A stretch of 50,567 nucleotides of DNA from positions 1-50,567 of IMG/VR virus record IMGVR_UViG_3300044977_000044; one strand, written 5' to 3'. Shown piece after piece: positions 1 through 8,382 of the stretch. Each line of letters opens with the position of its first letter. Within the stretch, counting starts at the first letter, position 1. The position numbers and the translations under genes were made by a program. This DNA is from a virus. Its lineage: Duplodnaviria > Caudoviricetes. The notes beneath the pieces are model-generated. The model did no database searches, was not told the DNA's origin, and was given only the letters and a program-made list of their open reading frames with translations.

Positions 1-123
1 GCACCATGCGGCATGTGTCCGCAAGGACTGCGCTCAGCAGCACAACGCGCTGTGCGTATGTCCTTGATAACAGAAGAGTTACGTAAGTGCGTGCGTGGCT
101 AATTACGGAGCCTACCCACACGC
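1..123. repeat. Terminal direct repeat / circular overlap, left copy (identical to 50431-50553)
   Basis: Base-by-base match of GCACCATGCGGCATG...CCTACCCACACGC at both ends of the window. Confidence 0.95.
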
Positions 124-283
124 GTGCGGTCGGGAAAAGGAACGACAAAGGTGGTATCCTCATTTCTATATCATATATTTTTTTTACACTACTACCGTAC
201 TACTATTGTTTTGGTAATTAAATTTTGCCTTAACTTGACCGCGGATGTGTGGGTATGCTCAAGAATTAGCCACGCACGCACTT
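85..283. repeat. 47-bp imperfect inverted repeat (85-131 / 237-283) flanking an AT-rich 105-bp core
   Basis: AAGTGCGTGCGTGGCTAATT (85-104) is the exact reverse complement of 264-283; the remainder pairs with 8 mismatches. Confidence 0.9.
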
Positions 284-317
284 TGTGCTATTGTTGATTC
301 TAATGCACTTATAGTCC

Positions 318-346
318 TTGACAAATGCGCGTATCCTCAATACACT
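318..346 (+). promoter_or_regulatory. sigma70-type promoter
   Basis: TTGACA-N17-TACACT, upstream of AGGAGG and ATG 376. Confidence 0.75.
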
Positions 347-375
347 GTACACAGTACAGGAGGATACGCAAGGCC

Positions 376-873
376 ATGGCCTTTCCAGCACCAGATATAC
401 CGGAACTTACATGCCGTTGTGGTCGGTGGAACAATAAGATACATTGTCCGGCTTGTGGCGGCTACGCTATACTTGGACTCGGCGTGAAACACAACATCGC
501 GGTGCAGTTACCGAACACCAACGACACGGTCGTTGTATGCTCGTTCAAATGCCGACGGTGTAACATTAAGTTTAATGACTTTGAATGGCGTTACAAATGC
601 GAAGCGCCACGGTACGAGTCTGCTACTATGCAGATTCGCCGTCTTAAGGACGAGGCGGCAGAAAAGGTCAAACTTGCAGGCGAGGATATGAAGCTTACGG
701 CTATGGCTAATGGTGCTACGATTGAACAAGCACGCCACGTTGCTATGGCTTATATGTTTTACCAACGTAACCCGGCAATGCTCAAGCCAGGTGACTTGGA
801 TGAACTTCGCCGTTTCTTGAAAATGAACATACCAAGACAGGCTGGCGAAGATGAACAGGAGGTTATTCGATGA
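376..873 (+). CDS. Zn-finger hypothetical protein
   Basis: CRC, CPAC and CRRC motifs; AGGAGG upstream; start moved from 325 to ATG 376. Confidence 0.65.
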   Translation: MAFPAPDIPELTCRCGRWNNKIHCPACGGYAILGLGVKHNIAVQLPNTNDTVVVCSFKCRRCNIKFNDFEWRYKCEAPRYESATMQIRRLKDEAAEKVKLAGEDMKLTAMANGATIEQARHVAMAYMFYQRNPAMLKPGDLDELRRFLKMNIPRQAGEDEQEVIR

Positions 874-983
874 CTTCGTTACCGAAGGTAAGCGCAAGCG
901 ATAAGCTGTGGCTCGCCGTTGCTGTCGCAACTATCGTTGTAATCTTCATTGCACTGTACTTCGCACCTCCATTGCCAAACTGA
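870..983 (+). CDS. Small membrane protein (37 aa, MTSLPKVSASDKLWLAVAVATIVVIFIALYFAPPLPN)
   Basis: ATGA overlap with the upstream stop, AGGAGG RBS, one hydrophobic helix; below the ORF-track cutoff. Confidence 0.55.
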   Translation: MTSLPKVSASDKLWLAVAVATIVVIFIALYFAPPLPN

Positions 984-1026
984 TGTTGTGGTTCAATTTA
1001 CAATCCTGAAAGGAAGGTACACCGCC

Positions 1027-1236
1027 ATGCCGCTACATGGAAACGGACTTACAGTCGTGGAACAGACGTATCGGATTATTAACCGTACTGAGGCGTTGCG
1101 CCGGCTCATTTTGCTTCGCAAACTGGCGTTTGAACACGAAGTACAAGACGCGCAGCGTATGGCGCAAGCTGTCGCTGATTTAGATCCCTTCGGGACGAAG
1201 CAAGAGCAGTTTCGTAATATTTTGGAAGTGATTTAA
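1027..1236 (+). CDS. Hypothetical protein
   Basis: ORF 949-1236; likely start MPLHGN after AGGAAGG. Confidence 0.5.
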   Translation: MPLHGNGLTVVEQTYRIINRTEALRRLILLRKLAFEHEVQDAQRMAQAVADLDPFGTKQEQFRNILEVI

Positions 1237-1282
1237 CGCCTTGCGTTGCAGTCACTTACAGCTTGCGTTCACAAAGCGAAGC

Positions 1283-1311
1283 TTGACATCCTAATAAGGA
1301 TGCAATAGACT
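1283..1311 (+). promoter_or_regulatory. sigma70-type promoter
   Basis: TTGACA-N17-TAGACT. Confidence 0.75.
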
Positions 1312-1316
1312 CGAAG

Positions 1317-1455
1317 AGTCACATGCTACGCAAGTGATCCCGTAGCTCCGAGGGCAAAATCGGAGCGTCTTTTTAAGCCAGCTTTGCTTTCGGTTACTAT
1401 CGGCGCTTCTCAACGTCCGGTTAACCATTTGGACTAGGTTAGCGAAGCTGGCTTA
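1317..1455 (+). ncRNA. Candidate structured leader or small RNA
   Basis: Directly downstream of the promoter; stems GCTACG/CGTAGC, GCTCCGA/TCGGAGC followed by a T-run, and a 15-bp stem 1374-1388/1441-1455. Confidence 0.4.
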
Positions 1456-1519
1456 GAAAGTTTCGCAGAAACTCAGAATGGTACACTCAACGTACCGGAA
1501 AGAAAGGAGTAACATTACC

Positions 1520-1993
1520 ATGTCGAAGACATACAACGAGACTCGGTATACGTTGAAGTATACCGAGACGAATGACAAACAGGAACAGGTCGATTCCTTT
1601 AAGGTCTTGACCGAAAAGCAAGCCAACGAAGAGCTAGAAGCGGCCAAGGCCGCAGGCACACCGGGGCCGGAAGTGGTAAAGATGCAAACCTTCGGTTATG
1701 TCGAGGCAGAATCACCGGCCGATTTTGAGACGCTGATCGCCAACGAAGTCGAGCGCGTAAACGTGTTCAACCGCGGCTACGTGCTGAAACAGCAAAGCAT
1801 TATCCGCGACTTCATGCTCGATAATGAGCAGCAAGCCACGGACGGAGTCTACGACCTGACGGCGGATGCGGCTGAGGTACGTGAACGACGCAAGGCTACG
1901 CCGGCTGAGAAGGCCATGAAGGCTCTGTCGGCGCTTAGCGCGGATGAAATTGCGAAGATTCTTTCGCAGTTCACTGCTGCGCAATCAGCGTAG
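1520..1993 (+). CDS. Hypothetical early protein
   Basis: Strong AAAGGAG RBS, own promoter and terminator. Confidence 0.75.
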   Translation: MSKTYNETRYTLKYTETNDKQEQVDSFKVLTEKQANEELEAAKAAGTPGPEVVKMQTFGYVEAESPADFETLIANEVERVNVFNRGYVLKQQSIIRDFMLDNEQQATDGVYDLTADAAEVRERRKATPAEKAMKALSALSADEIAKILSQFTAAQSA

Positions 1994-2038
1994 CTGAAAG
2001 TTCGGGCGCTAGCCCGATTCCTCGACCAGAGAGAGGAT

Positions 2039-2072
2039 AGAGTGCCACGGAGTATTAGTGGCACTCTTTTTT
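2039..2072 (+). terminator. Intrinsic terminator
   Basis: AGAGTGCCAC-loop-GTGGCACTCT followed by a T-run. Confidence 0.85.
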
Positions 2073-2130
2073 GTTTTCCACAGTTTCGTTAAAGTATCGT
2101 AAACTGTTGAAAACAAAGAACATACAACGC

Positions 2131-2166
2131 TTGACAAGCACTTAGTAAGTATTATCATGGTACAAT
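2131..2166 (+). promoter_or_regulatory. sigma70-type promoter
   Basis: TTGACA-N16-TATCAT plus an extended -10 (TGGTACAAT) just before ATG 2177. Confidence 0.7.
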
Positions 2167-2176
2167 AAAAGGCCAT

Positions 2177-2848
2177 ATGCCACCACTTGGCGAAATATGT
2201 TGCGATTGTGGTGTTAGGACTACACATTACTTCACGACGTGGTGTTGGGGTGGTGGAAGCAATACGATACAAATACGTTGCCGTAATTGTTACAATGCCC
2301 AAAAAGCGGCGATGCACGCTAGTAATTATGGAGCTAATATGAGCGTAAAAATCCTCTGGGACGACTCCGTACAAGCGTACCGCGTGGCTACGCCTTACTC
2401 GCCAAACTTCGTCGAGTTGCTAAAGCAACAGATACCGATCGCACACAGAGTGTGGGACCCTCAAATGAAAATCTGGACCATTGCCGAGCAATTCGGCGAT
2501 CCGGTTAAGAAGCTCTGCGAAGCGGTGTTCGCGGCGCCGAATGTAACGTTCGTCAGCAAAGCTGAAGCTCAACGGATTGCGGCGCTGCGTGCTGCGCAAG
2601 CGCAACAGGCACAATCTAATCAATACTACGGTTATGTTCCGCCACGCCAACCGCAACCGCAACGCGGTGATCCTTTAGATTCCGTCATGCTTACATTCTG
2701 TAAAATGTTGCCATACGACGCTGCTAAAGCAGCGTACCGTAAAGCGGCTATGGAATTGCATCCGGACCGCAATGGCGGCAACGCCATTTCAATGCAGGTC
2801 CTGAATACTTCGTGGTCAAGGATTGAAAAGGAGTTTTACCAGAAATGA
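2177..2848 (+). CDS. J-domain (DnaJ-like) protein with N-terminal Cys cluster and a HARP-like middle domain
   Basis: C-terminal AKAAYRKAAMELHPDRNGG with the HPD motif; PYSPNFVELLK...RVWDPQMKIW resembles HARP-like domains. Confidence 0.75.
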   Translation: MPPLGEICCDCGVRTTHYFTTWCWGGGSNTIQIRCRNCYNAQKAAMHASNYGANMSVKILWDDSVQAYRVATPYSPNFVELLKQQIPIAHRVWDPQMKIWTIAEQFGDPVKKLCEAVFAAPNVTFVSKAEAQRIAALRAAQAQQAQSNQYYGYVPPRQPQPQRGDPLDSVMLTFCKMLPYDAAKAAYRKAAMELHPDRNGGNAISMQVLNTSWSRIEKEFYQK

Positions 2849-3108
2849 AAGCCATCGGGATGCTCCCAATACTTATCGACCGATCGAAGATGCGGCGCAT
2901 TAAGATTACGTGTCGCTGCTCACGCCATTGGATCGAAGACGTACCGTCTGAGGTCCACGACTCGTGGCTCGTTATGGCGTTCTTCTGTCCTTCGTGCGGA
3001 AGTGAATACCACTTACAAAACAAGAAGCTCGAACGTGCGGAGCAACGCTCCAGCAAGATGCCACGCACAGAGTGGCCCGTTCCGGATGGGCCGGGAGGCA
3101 ATGCATAG
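2845..3108 (+). CDS. Zn-ribbon protein
   Basis: CRC...CPSCG; ATGA overlap with the upstream gene. Confidence 0.6.
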   Translation: MKAIGMLPILIDRSKMRRIKITCRCSRHWIEDVPSEVHDSWLVMAFFCPSCGSEYHLQNKKLERAEQRSSKMPRTEWPVPDGPGGNA

Positions 3109-3109
3109 C

Positions 3110-3394
3110 ATGAGAAACTTAACATGGCTTACGCCGAAGGTACTACGTAGCATACTCAAAGATTTCGAGAATACGAAGTATGCGAACGACCCAGAACGCC
3201 GCGCGGTCGCTGGCCACGTTAAATTCTTGGTAATGCAAACGCCACAGCTCGGCGCACTTGCGTTCAGCACGTTGTCGCTAACGCCGGACCCAATCGAAGC
3301 AGCTCTAATTTTAATAAGTGCCGGAATACAGCTAGGTTTTGAACTAGCGGAAAAGGAACAGGAGTTATGCCAGACAAAGAACAAGATAAACTGA
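3110..3394 (+). CDS. Hypothetical protein
   Basis: GGAGG upstream; fills the operon gap; start uncertain (3101 or 3110). Confidence 0.55.
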   Translation: MRNLTWLTPKVLRSILKDFENTKYANDPERRAVAGHVKFLVMQTPQLGALAFSTLSLTPDPIEAALILISAGIQLGFELAEKEQELCQTKNKIN

Positions 3395-4242
3395 CGTTGC
3401 ATACGCCAGGCAGCTCTACGAGCTTGGCTAACAGGATTAAAATCGGCGGCAGCAAGCTGCACCAGCGCGTAGCGGCGGCTGCACCCTTGGACGTTGCGAA
3501 GCAAGCGGCGCTTTCGGTACCGTTACAAGTACCAAACGCCAAGAATCCATATGATGCCTCGTTAGAAATGCCGAACCGCATCGGTATGATGCTTGACGGT
3601 TCATTTTCGATGTGTTCTGCCGAAGGCGACGGTAAATCGAAGATTAACCATCTTAAAGAGGCTTGCCTCGATTTTATACGAAGTTGCGACTTTTCGACTA
3701 CGTCGATTGCCATCGAAACGTTCCCCACCTCTGGTGTTGAAGACGATGATGAAGGTGCGTGGGCGCCACAGAACAACGATCCGCTTGCGCATTTGTTACC
3801 GCCAGGTCAATCACCGCAACGAAGTCGCAAGTCTGCAAGACGCGGTCTCTGCAACATTGAGGCATTCCTGCAAGCCGACATCGACGCGTTGCAGGCGTGT
3901 GGCGGAACGCCAATGGCTGGCGCCATGCAGCGTAGCCTTACAACGAACTCGCTTACGCGAGGCATTCTTGTAAGTGACGGTGAAGCCGATTCGGCACAGC
4001 GCGCAATTGACATTGCAAAGCAATGGAAAGAGGCAGAAATCGCCATCGACTGCGTCCACATCGGGCGCTCTTCGAGTGGCGAAGCGTTGCTCAAGGAAAT
4101 AGCGGAGCTTACCGGCGGTTTGTACATCAAGTTCGATAACGTTAGTAACTTCTCGAAACATTTCAAGTACCTTGCTCCGGCGTTCCGAGCAATGCTAACC
4201 TCCGGTTCGGCTGGGATGCTTGGGGCGAAGGAGGTAAAATAA
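3367..4242 (+). CDS. von Willebrand factor A (vWA) domain protein
   Basis: MIDAS motif DGSFSM, GGTPM, ILVSDGE, and LLKEIAELTGGLY. Confidence 0.9.
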   Translation: MPDKEQDKLTLHTPGSSTSLANRIKIGGSKLHQRVAAAAPLDVAKQAALSVPLQVPNAKNPYDASLEMPNRIGMMLDGSFSMCSAEGDGKSKINHLKEACLDFIRSCDFSTTSIAIETFPTSGVEDDDEGAWAPQNNDPLAHLLPPGQSPQRSRKSARRGLCNIEAFLQADIDALQACGGTPMAGAMQRSLTTNSLTRGILVSDGEADSAQRAIDIAKQWKEAEIAIDCVHIGRSSSGEALLKEIAELTGGLYIKFDNVSNFSKHFKYLAPAFRAMLTSGSAGMLGAKEVK

Positions 4243-4416
4243 ATGGAACACATCCAAGGAAGATTCGCCTTCCGTTACGATTTCGACTTCAAAGCGATGC
4301 GTTGTTTTGTGTATTGCACCGACTCAGACGGGCGTCGGTGGCTCGGCGAGTGTATCTTGCACGAACAAAAAGACGAGGAATTGAGCTTAGGACCGTTACC
4401 AAAGGCGAAGCCATGA
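4243..4416 (+). CDS. Small hypothetical protein (57 aa, MEHIQGRFAFRYDF...)
   Basis: AAGGAGG RBS; ATGA overlap with the FtsK start; below the ORF-track cutoff. Confidence 0.6.
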   Translation: MEHIQGRFAFRYDFDFKAMRCFVYCTDSDGRRWLGECILHEQKDEELSLGPLPKAKP

Positions 4417-5585
4417 TCCCCAACACCGCCCAAAAAGCATCGCTAACGCCGGAGCAGCTCGACATTGTTAGTAAGCTCGTAAGCAAGTTTATCGAACTTG
4501 GCGTAGATGTTGAATTCACACCCCCGGTAATGGTCGGTCCCGTTATATCACTGTATAAGTTCCGACCGTCCGGTCGTACTCGCGTTAGCCATATCGAGAA
4601 CCTAGCCGCGGACTTTGCCGTTCTTCTCGGCCACGAACGCATCTTGATCCAACGTCGTACTGGCGATACTGCTGTAAGTGTAAGCGTTCCAAACGCGGAG
4701 CGCAGCGTGGTGGATTTCAAAGCCTCAATGGGCGTCGTGACTAAAGTCTTAGCCGCGTCCGCCGCTGCAAGCAAGCCAATCCGGCTGCCGCTCAATCTCG
4801 GCGTAGACGAACAGGGCGTGCCAGTAATCGAAGATTTACCGAACATGCCCCACCTGCTTATAGCAGGGCACACCGACAGCGGCAAGTCAACGTTGTTGCA
4901 TTCGATTCTCGGTACGATCGTATACACTATGAACAGTCGTGACGTTCAGCTTGTTCTATCGGACATGAAAGCTGGCATTGAATTCAACATTTATGAAGGT
5001 GCACCGCACCTTGCGTTCCCTGTGTCAAAGACACCGTTCCAAACTCTGGAACGTATGCAATGGATCATTGACATAATGGAAGATCGGCTTCGTATCATTG
5101 CTCACGCCAGTAAGCGCGACATCTTTGGCTACAACGAAGTTGCAAAGCACATTGGCGGTAACCACTTACCGTACATCATACTTGTCATCGACGAGGCAGC
5201 TTCGCTCTTTGGAAAAGGAGGCAAAGGCAATGGCAAAGGCTCATCGAAGATTGCCGACGAAATGCTCGGAACCATCTGTGCCAAAGCAAGAGCCGCCGGC
5301 GTGTACATCATCGTCGCAACGCAGCGACCGTCGGTCGATGTTATTGGCGGTAGCATCAAAGTTAATATCCCCGCTCGACTTTCGTTTAGATTGCCTACCG
5401 GCGTTGATAGTCGAACAGTCCTCGGAACAGAAGGGGCAGAAAATCTTCTATCCCGAGGTGATTGCCTGTTCGTTTCGCCAATGCGTCCAGCACCGATCAG
5501 ATTGCATTCTCCCTACGCTTCCATTGAAGATGTGCGGGCCGCAGTAGAATACGCCAAGGCGCGCGAAGCAGGAACTGCGTTATGA
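4413..5585 (+). CDS. ftsK: FtsK/SpoIIIE-family DNA translocase motor (alpha and beta domains only)
   Basis: PHLLIAGHTDSGKS Walker A, VIDEAA Walker B, ARAAG, ATQRPSVDVI, SRTVLGTEGAENLLSRGD. Confidence 0.92.
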   Translation: MIPNTAQKASLTPEQLDIVSKLVSKFIELGVDVEFTPPVMVGPVISLYKFRPSGRTRVSHIENLAADFAVLLGHERILIQRRTGDTAVSVSVPNAERSVVDFKASMGVVTKVLAASAAASKPIRLPLNLGVDEQGVPVIEDLPNMPHLLIAGHTDSGKSTLLHSILGTIVYTMNSRDVQLVLSDMKAGIEFNIYEGAPHLAFPVSKTPFQTLERMQWIIDIMEDRLRIIAHASKRDIFGYNEVAKHIGGNHLPYIILVIDEAASLFGKGGKGNGKGSSKIADEMLGTICAKARAAGVYIIVATQRPSVDVIGGSIKVNIPARLSFRLPTGVDSRTVLGTEGAENLLSRGDCLFVSPMRPAPIRLHSPYASIEDVRAAVEYAKAREAGTAL

Positions 5586-5794
5586 GAATCACCTACGGTA
5601 AACTTGACGAAGATGACTGGCTTTGCCACTTAAACCATATTCTTAACGGAGTGGAGACATCCACAAAGTGGTGTGGCGTATGCCACTGGTACAGCAAGTG
5701 CGACCCGCTGGCGCGGAACAGGCTCCTGTGCAAATCTCTTCGAGATGCGTATGTTGTTGATTCTAAAGCAGTTATAGTCGAAAAAATGTCTTGA
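5582..5794 (+). CDS. Cys/His-rich hypothetical protein
   Basis: ATGA overlap; CGVC motif. Confidence 0.5.
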   Translation: MRITYGKLDEDDWLCHLNHILNGVETSTKWCGVCHWYSKCDPLARNRLLCKSLRDAYVVDSKAVIVEKMS

Positions 5795-5819
5795 CACTAA
5801 GTACGCAATAAGCTATGCT
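5791..5819 (+). promoter_or_regulatory. sigma70-type promoter, probably giving a leaderless mRNA
   Basis: TTGACA-N17-TATGCT, with ATG 6 nt after the -10 box. Confidence 0.75.
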
Positions 5820-5825
5820 GGCAAC

Positions 5826-5999
5826 ATGGCACCGTCACTGACTCATCAGGTAACCAGCTTCAGCATCAAGCGCGATTTGTACGAACGCCTCAAGAAACGC
5901 TTGCCAAGGTACGGAGACCGTAGCAAAGCTATTGCACTTTTAGTGGAAAAGTTCATTAACGGCGAAGTAAGGCTTGAAATTCCGCCTCGCCGTCTGTAA
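5826..5999 (+). CDS. Ribbon-helix-helix (Arc/CopG-like) DNA-binding protein, 57 aa
   Basis: MAPSLTHQVTSFSIKRDLYERLKKRLPRYGDRSKAIALLVEKF: beta strand TSFSI, helix, then RSKAI helix; not in the ORF track. Confidence 0.7.
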   Translation: MAPSLTHQVTSFSIKRDLYERLKKRLPRYGDRSKAIALLVEKFINGEVRLEIPPRRL

Positions 6000-6028
6000 C
6001 ACGGCAATTTTAACCGAAGGTGATCCTG

Positions 6029-6640
6029 ATGGCAGATTCAACAATACCAGCTCCAGCGGAGCTGGACGTTACGCCAGAGCCGTTAATTTGTGCTGACCTG
6101 GCACCAGAACACTTCCACGAACGTCAACATTGTATACAATGTCACCGTATTTACTGTCCCCACTTCCAGTCTGAAATTGACTCCAACTTCTGTCGAGTCT
6201 GCCTAACGGCAGCGTCCGCTTCGGTAACTGAAAGTCCCCTTCCACCTGACTCTGAAGGAATCCACCACGAAGGCAAGTACATCATGCCTACCGGCTCGGT
6301 TTACAAGACTTTACCTCGCGCGATCGCGGACATGGCCGATAACGAGCTTGAAGAATACCTCAAGCTCATGAAAAACGAAGTTAAGAACGCCGAAACTACG
6401 TTGCAGTACCGGCGCATTGCGGTAAGCATCGGCGAAGTCGAGTCGGATCATCGGAAAGTCTTGGAAAGCCGAAGGCTTCGTGGACTAAAGTTACCGAAGC
6501 AGGAAGGCGTTATTAAGATTGGCAGTGATGCTGGCAAGCCTAGCAAGAGCTTGGCAGGCGTAGCCGTCCAGCTCAAGACGCTCGGTATTACGAAAGAAAT
6601 GCTAGAAGCATTACTAAAAGCGAAAGGACCGAAACCATGA
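6029..6640 (+). CDS. Zn-finger (B-box/AN1-like) and coiled-coil protein
   Basis: CIQC...YCPHF...FCRVC cluster. Confidence 0.6.
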   Translation: MADSTIPAPAELDVTPEPLICADLAPEHFHERQHCIQCHRIYCPHFQSEIDSNFCRVCLTAASASVTESPLPPDSEGIHHEGKYIMPTGSVYKTLPRAIADMADNELEEYLKLMKNEVKNAETTLQYRRIAVSIGEVESDHRKVLESRRLRGLKLPKQEGVIKIGSDAGKPSKSLAGVAVQLKTLGITKEMLEALLKAKGPKP

Positions 6641-6891
6641 ACATAGTTGCCAAACTTGGCCAGAACATCCAATTCGTTGCGTTTTGGGCACATTTCGGCG
6701 TAGCCGCCTTGGCGGTGGGGCACTTGCCACATCCGTGGCTTGCGTTCGTAATTATTGCGTTAGCGGCGGGTGTAAAAGAATTTTGGTTCGATGCCAAGTA
6801 TGAAAGCAATCCGCCGCAAACGTTCATGGACGGCTTAGAAGATTGGATTGGATGGGCCGCTGGTGCGTTTGTTGGTATTTATTTACGGTAA
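6637..6891 (+). CDS. Small membrane protein
   Basis: 2-3 hydrophobic helices; ATGA overlap. Confidence 0.65.
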   Translation: MNIVAKLGQNIQFVAFWAHFGVAALAVGHLPHPWLAFVIIALAAGVKEFWFDAKYESNPPQTFMDGLEDWIGWAAGAFVGIYLR

Positions 6892-6952
6892 GGAGTAGCG
6901 TTGAACACGGTGGAATCGAAGGCATCTTCGAGGAAACCACAAGGAGAATCCA

Positions 6953-7330
6953 ATGAAAAACTCAGAGCTCGCAAAGCAGGCATACGACGAACTCGAGCAA
7001 GTCATGAGAGAGGCTTTTGAGAAGTGCCACGCGGTCCTGATTGGATCGCACTACGACTTCGACAAGTACGAACTGACCAGCGACGGTGTCGAGATCACAG
7101 GCTACGACTACCGCTGCGGCGGTGACTACGAATCGTTCACCATTCCCTATGCCGATCTCGACGACATCGACGCCTTCGTGGTCAGGCGGCAGGCTGAGAT
7201 CGAGGAAGCAAAGCGCAAAGCGGTAGAGAAGCAAGCTGCCGAAGAAGCGCGGAAGAAGGCGACGGCAGCCGAAGCTGAGCACCAGCAGTACCTCAAACTG
7301 AAAGCAAAATACGAAGGAGCAGCACAATGA
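6953..7330 (+). CDS. Hypothetical protein with C-terminal coiled coil
   Basis: AAGGAG RBS; ends in QYLKLKAKYE. Confidence 0.7.
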   Translation: MKNSELAKQAYDELEQVMREAFEKCHAVLIGSHYDFDKYELTSDGVEITGYDYRCGGDYESFTIPYADLDDIDAFVVRRQAEIEEAKRKAVEKQAAEEARKKATAAEAEHQQYLKLKAKYEGAAQ

Positions 7331-7445
7331 AAACGAAAGACCTGATCACAGAACTGCAAGAAGCCGATCTGAGTAGACATTTGGCGGCTCCCGGCTCTCC
7401 CTCAACTCAAACGGCTCAGAAGAACGAGCAGAAAGGAACGCACGA

Positions 7446-7928
7446 GTGAGAACTGACGCGTATCTGTCAGATGATCGTAAGTATCGGTACTGGCTACTTC
7501 GCGTATGGGACGATTCGCTGCCGATTGATTGCAAATGTGGTGTCAATCCGTCTAAGGCAGATGAGAAAGAGAACGATCCAACAATCCGAAAGGATATCGG
7601 CTTCTCAGAGAGACAAGGATTCGGGGGCTTGCTAAAGGTCAACCTATCCGCGTTTCGTAGCACCGACCCAAAGGGTGCGCGGTATCAGCCAATTGGTGAG
7701 TTCAACACACCTTCACACATTCGGCAATACTATGACACGTTCAACGCAAAACAGATGACGTTCTGTTGGGGAAGAAACGGAAGTCATTTCTTTACTCAGG
7801 CTTCTAACCTGCGAGCCGAATTTCCTAAGGCGATGTGTTTCGGTAAAAATCCAGATGGCACGCCGCGTCACACGCTAATGCTGCCGTATACAACAGAATT
7901 AGAACTGTACGAGCCGATACCGTATTGA
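7446..7928 (+). CDS. DUF1643 family protein
   Basis: KYRYWLLRVWD, NPSKAD...DPTIR, NLSAFRSTDPK, CWG and PRH motifs. Confidence 0.85.
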   Translation: MRTDAYLSDDRKYRYWLLRVWDDSLPIDCKCGVNPSKADEKENDPTIRKDIGFSERQGFGGLLKVNLSAFRSTDPKGARYQPIGEFNTPSHIRQYYDTFNAKQMTFCWGRNGSHFFTQASNLRAEFPKAMCFGKNPDGTPRHTLMLPYTTELELYEPIPY

Positions 7929-7972
7929 CACGTGGCGGCTCTCCCTCAGTAGAAGAGAAAGGAACGGAGTAA

Positions 7973-8119
7973 ATGATGCCTTCCGAAATGACGCCTTGCG
8001 AAATAGGGAGCGCTGGGATGCTGGTCATGTTCCTCGCGTGCTGCTACTTAGTTGATCGCATACGCGACTTGCAGAAAGAAATTGAGCGACTAGCAGAGAC
8101 AAGAAAGGAACCGCAATGA
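7973..8119 (+). CDS. Small membrane-anchored protein (48 aa)
   Basis: RBS-like AAAGGA/GGAG; hydrophobic stretch followed by a coiled coil. Confidence 0.45.
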   Translation: MMPSEMTPCEIGSAGMLVMFLACCYLVDRIRDLQKEIERLAETRKEPQ

Positions 8120-8295
8120 GCGACCAGGAAACGACCGAAATGACTACCGCAAAGCCGGAACAGGCTCGACAAGCCGTTAAACTCCGCTCTCAGTATGAAT
8201 CGGATCGTGCAGCCTTAGCCCAGTTCTACCGCGACTTGATCGCATCCGCAACCGACGACGAGAAACTCCACAACTTGTATCAGGAGCATGGGTAG
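8116..8295 (+). CDS. Small hypothetical protein (59 aa)
   Basis: AAAGGA RBS, ATGA overlap. Confidence 0.5.
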   Translation: MSDQETTEMTTAKPEQARQAVKLRSQYESDRAALAQFYRDLIASATDDEKLHNLYQEHG

Positions 8296-8382
8296 GGACC
8301 CGTAAAGAACTCACCGCAAGCGTTGCTTCGTAGAATAAAAAGCGTTTGAACTTTTAAGGGGCTATGGGGCAGGAAAGGGTGA

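Noticed and set aside
1345-1370. c-di-GMP-I riboswitch suggested by GGGCAAA
   Set aside because: The GNRA-capped P2 stem and the second GCAAA/P3 architecture are absent
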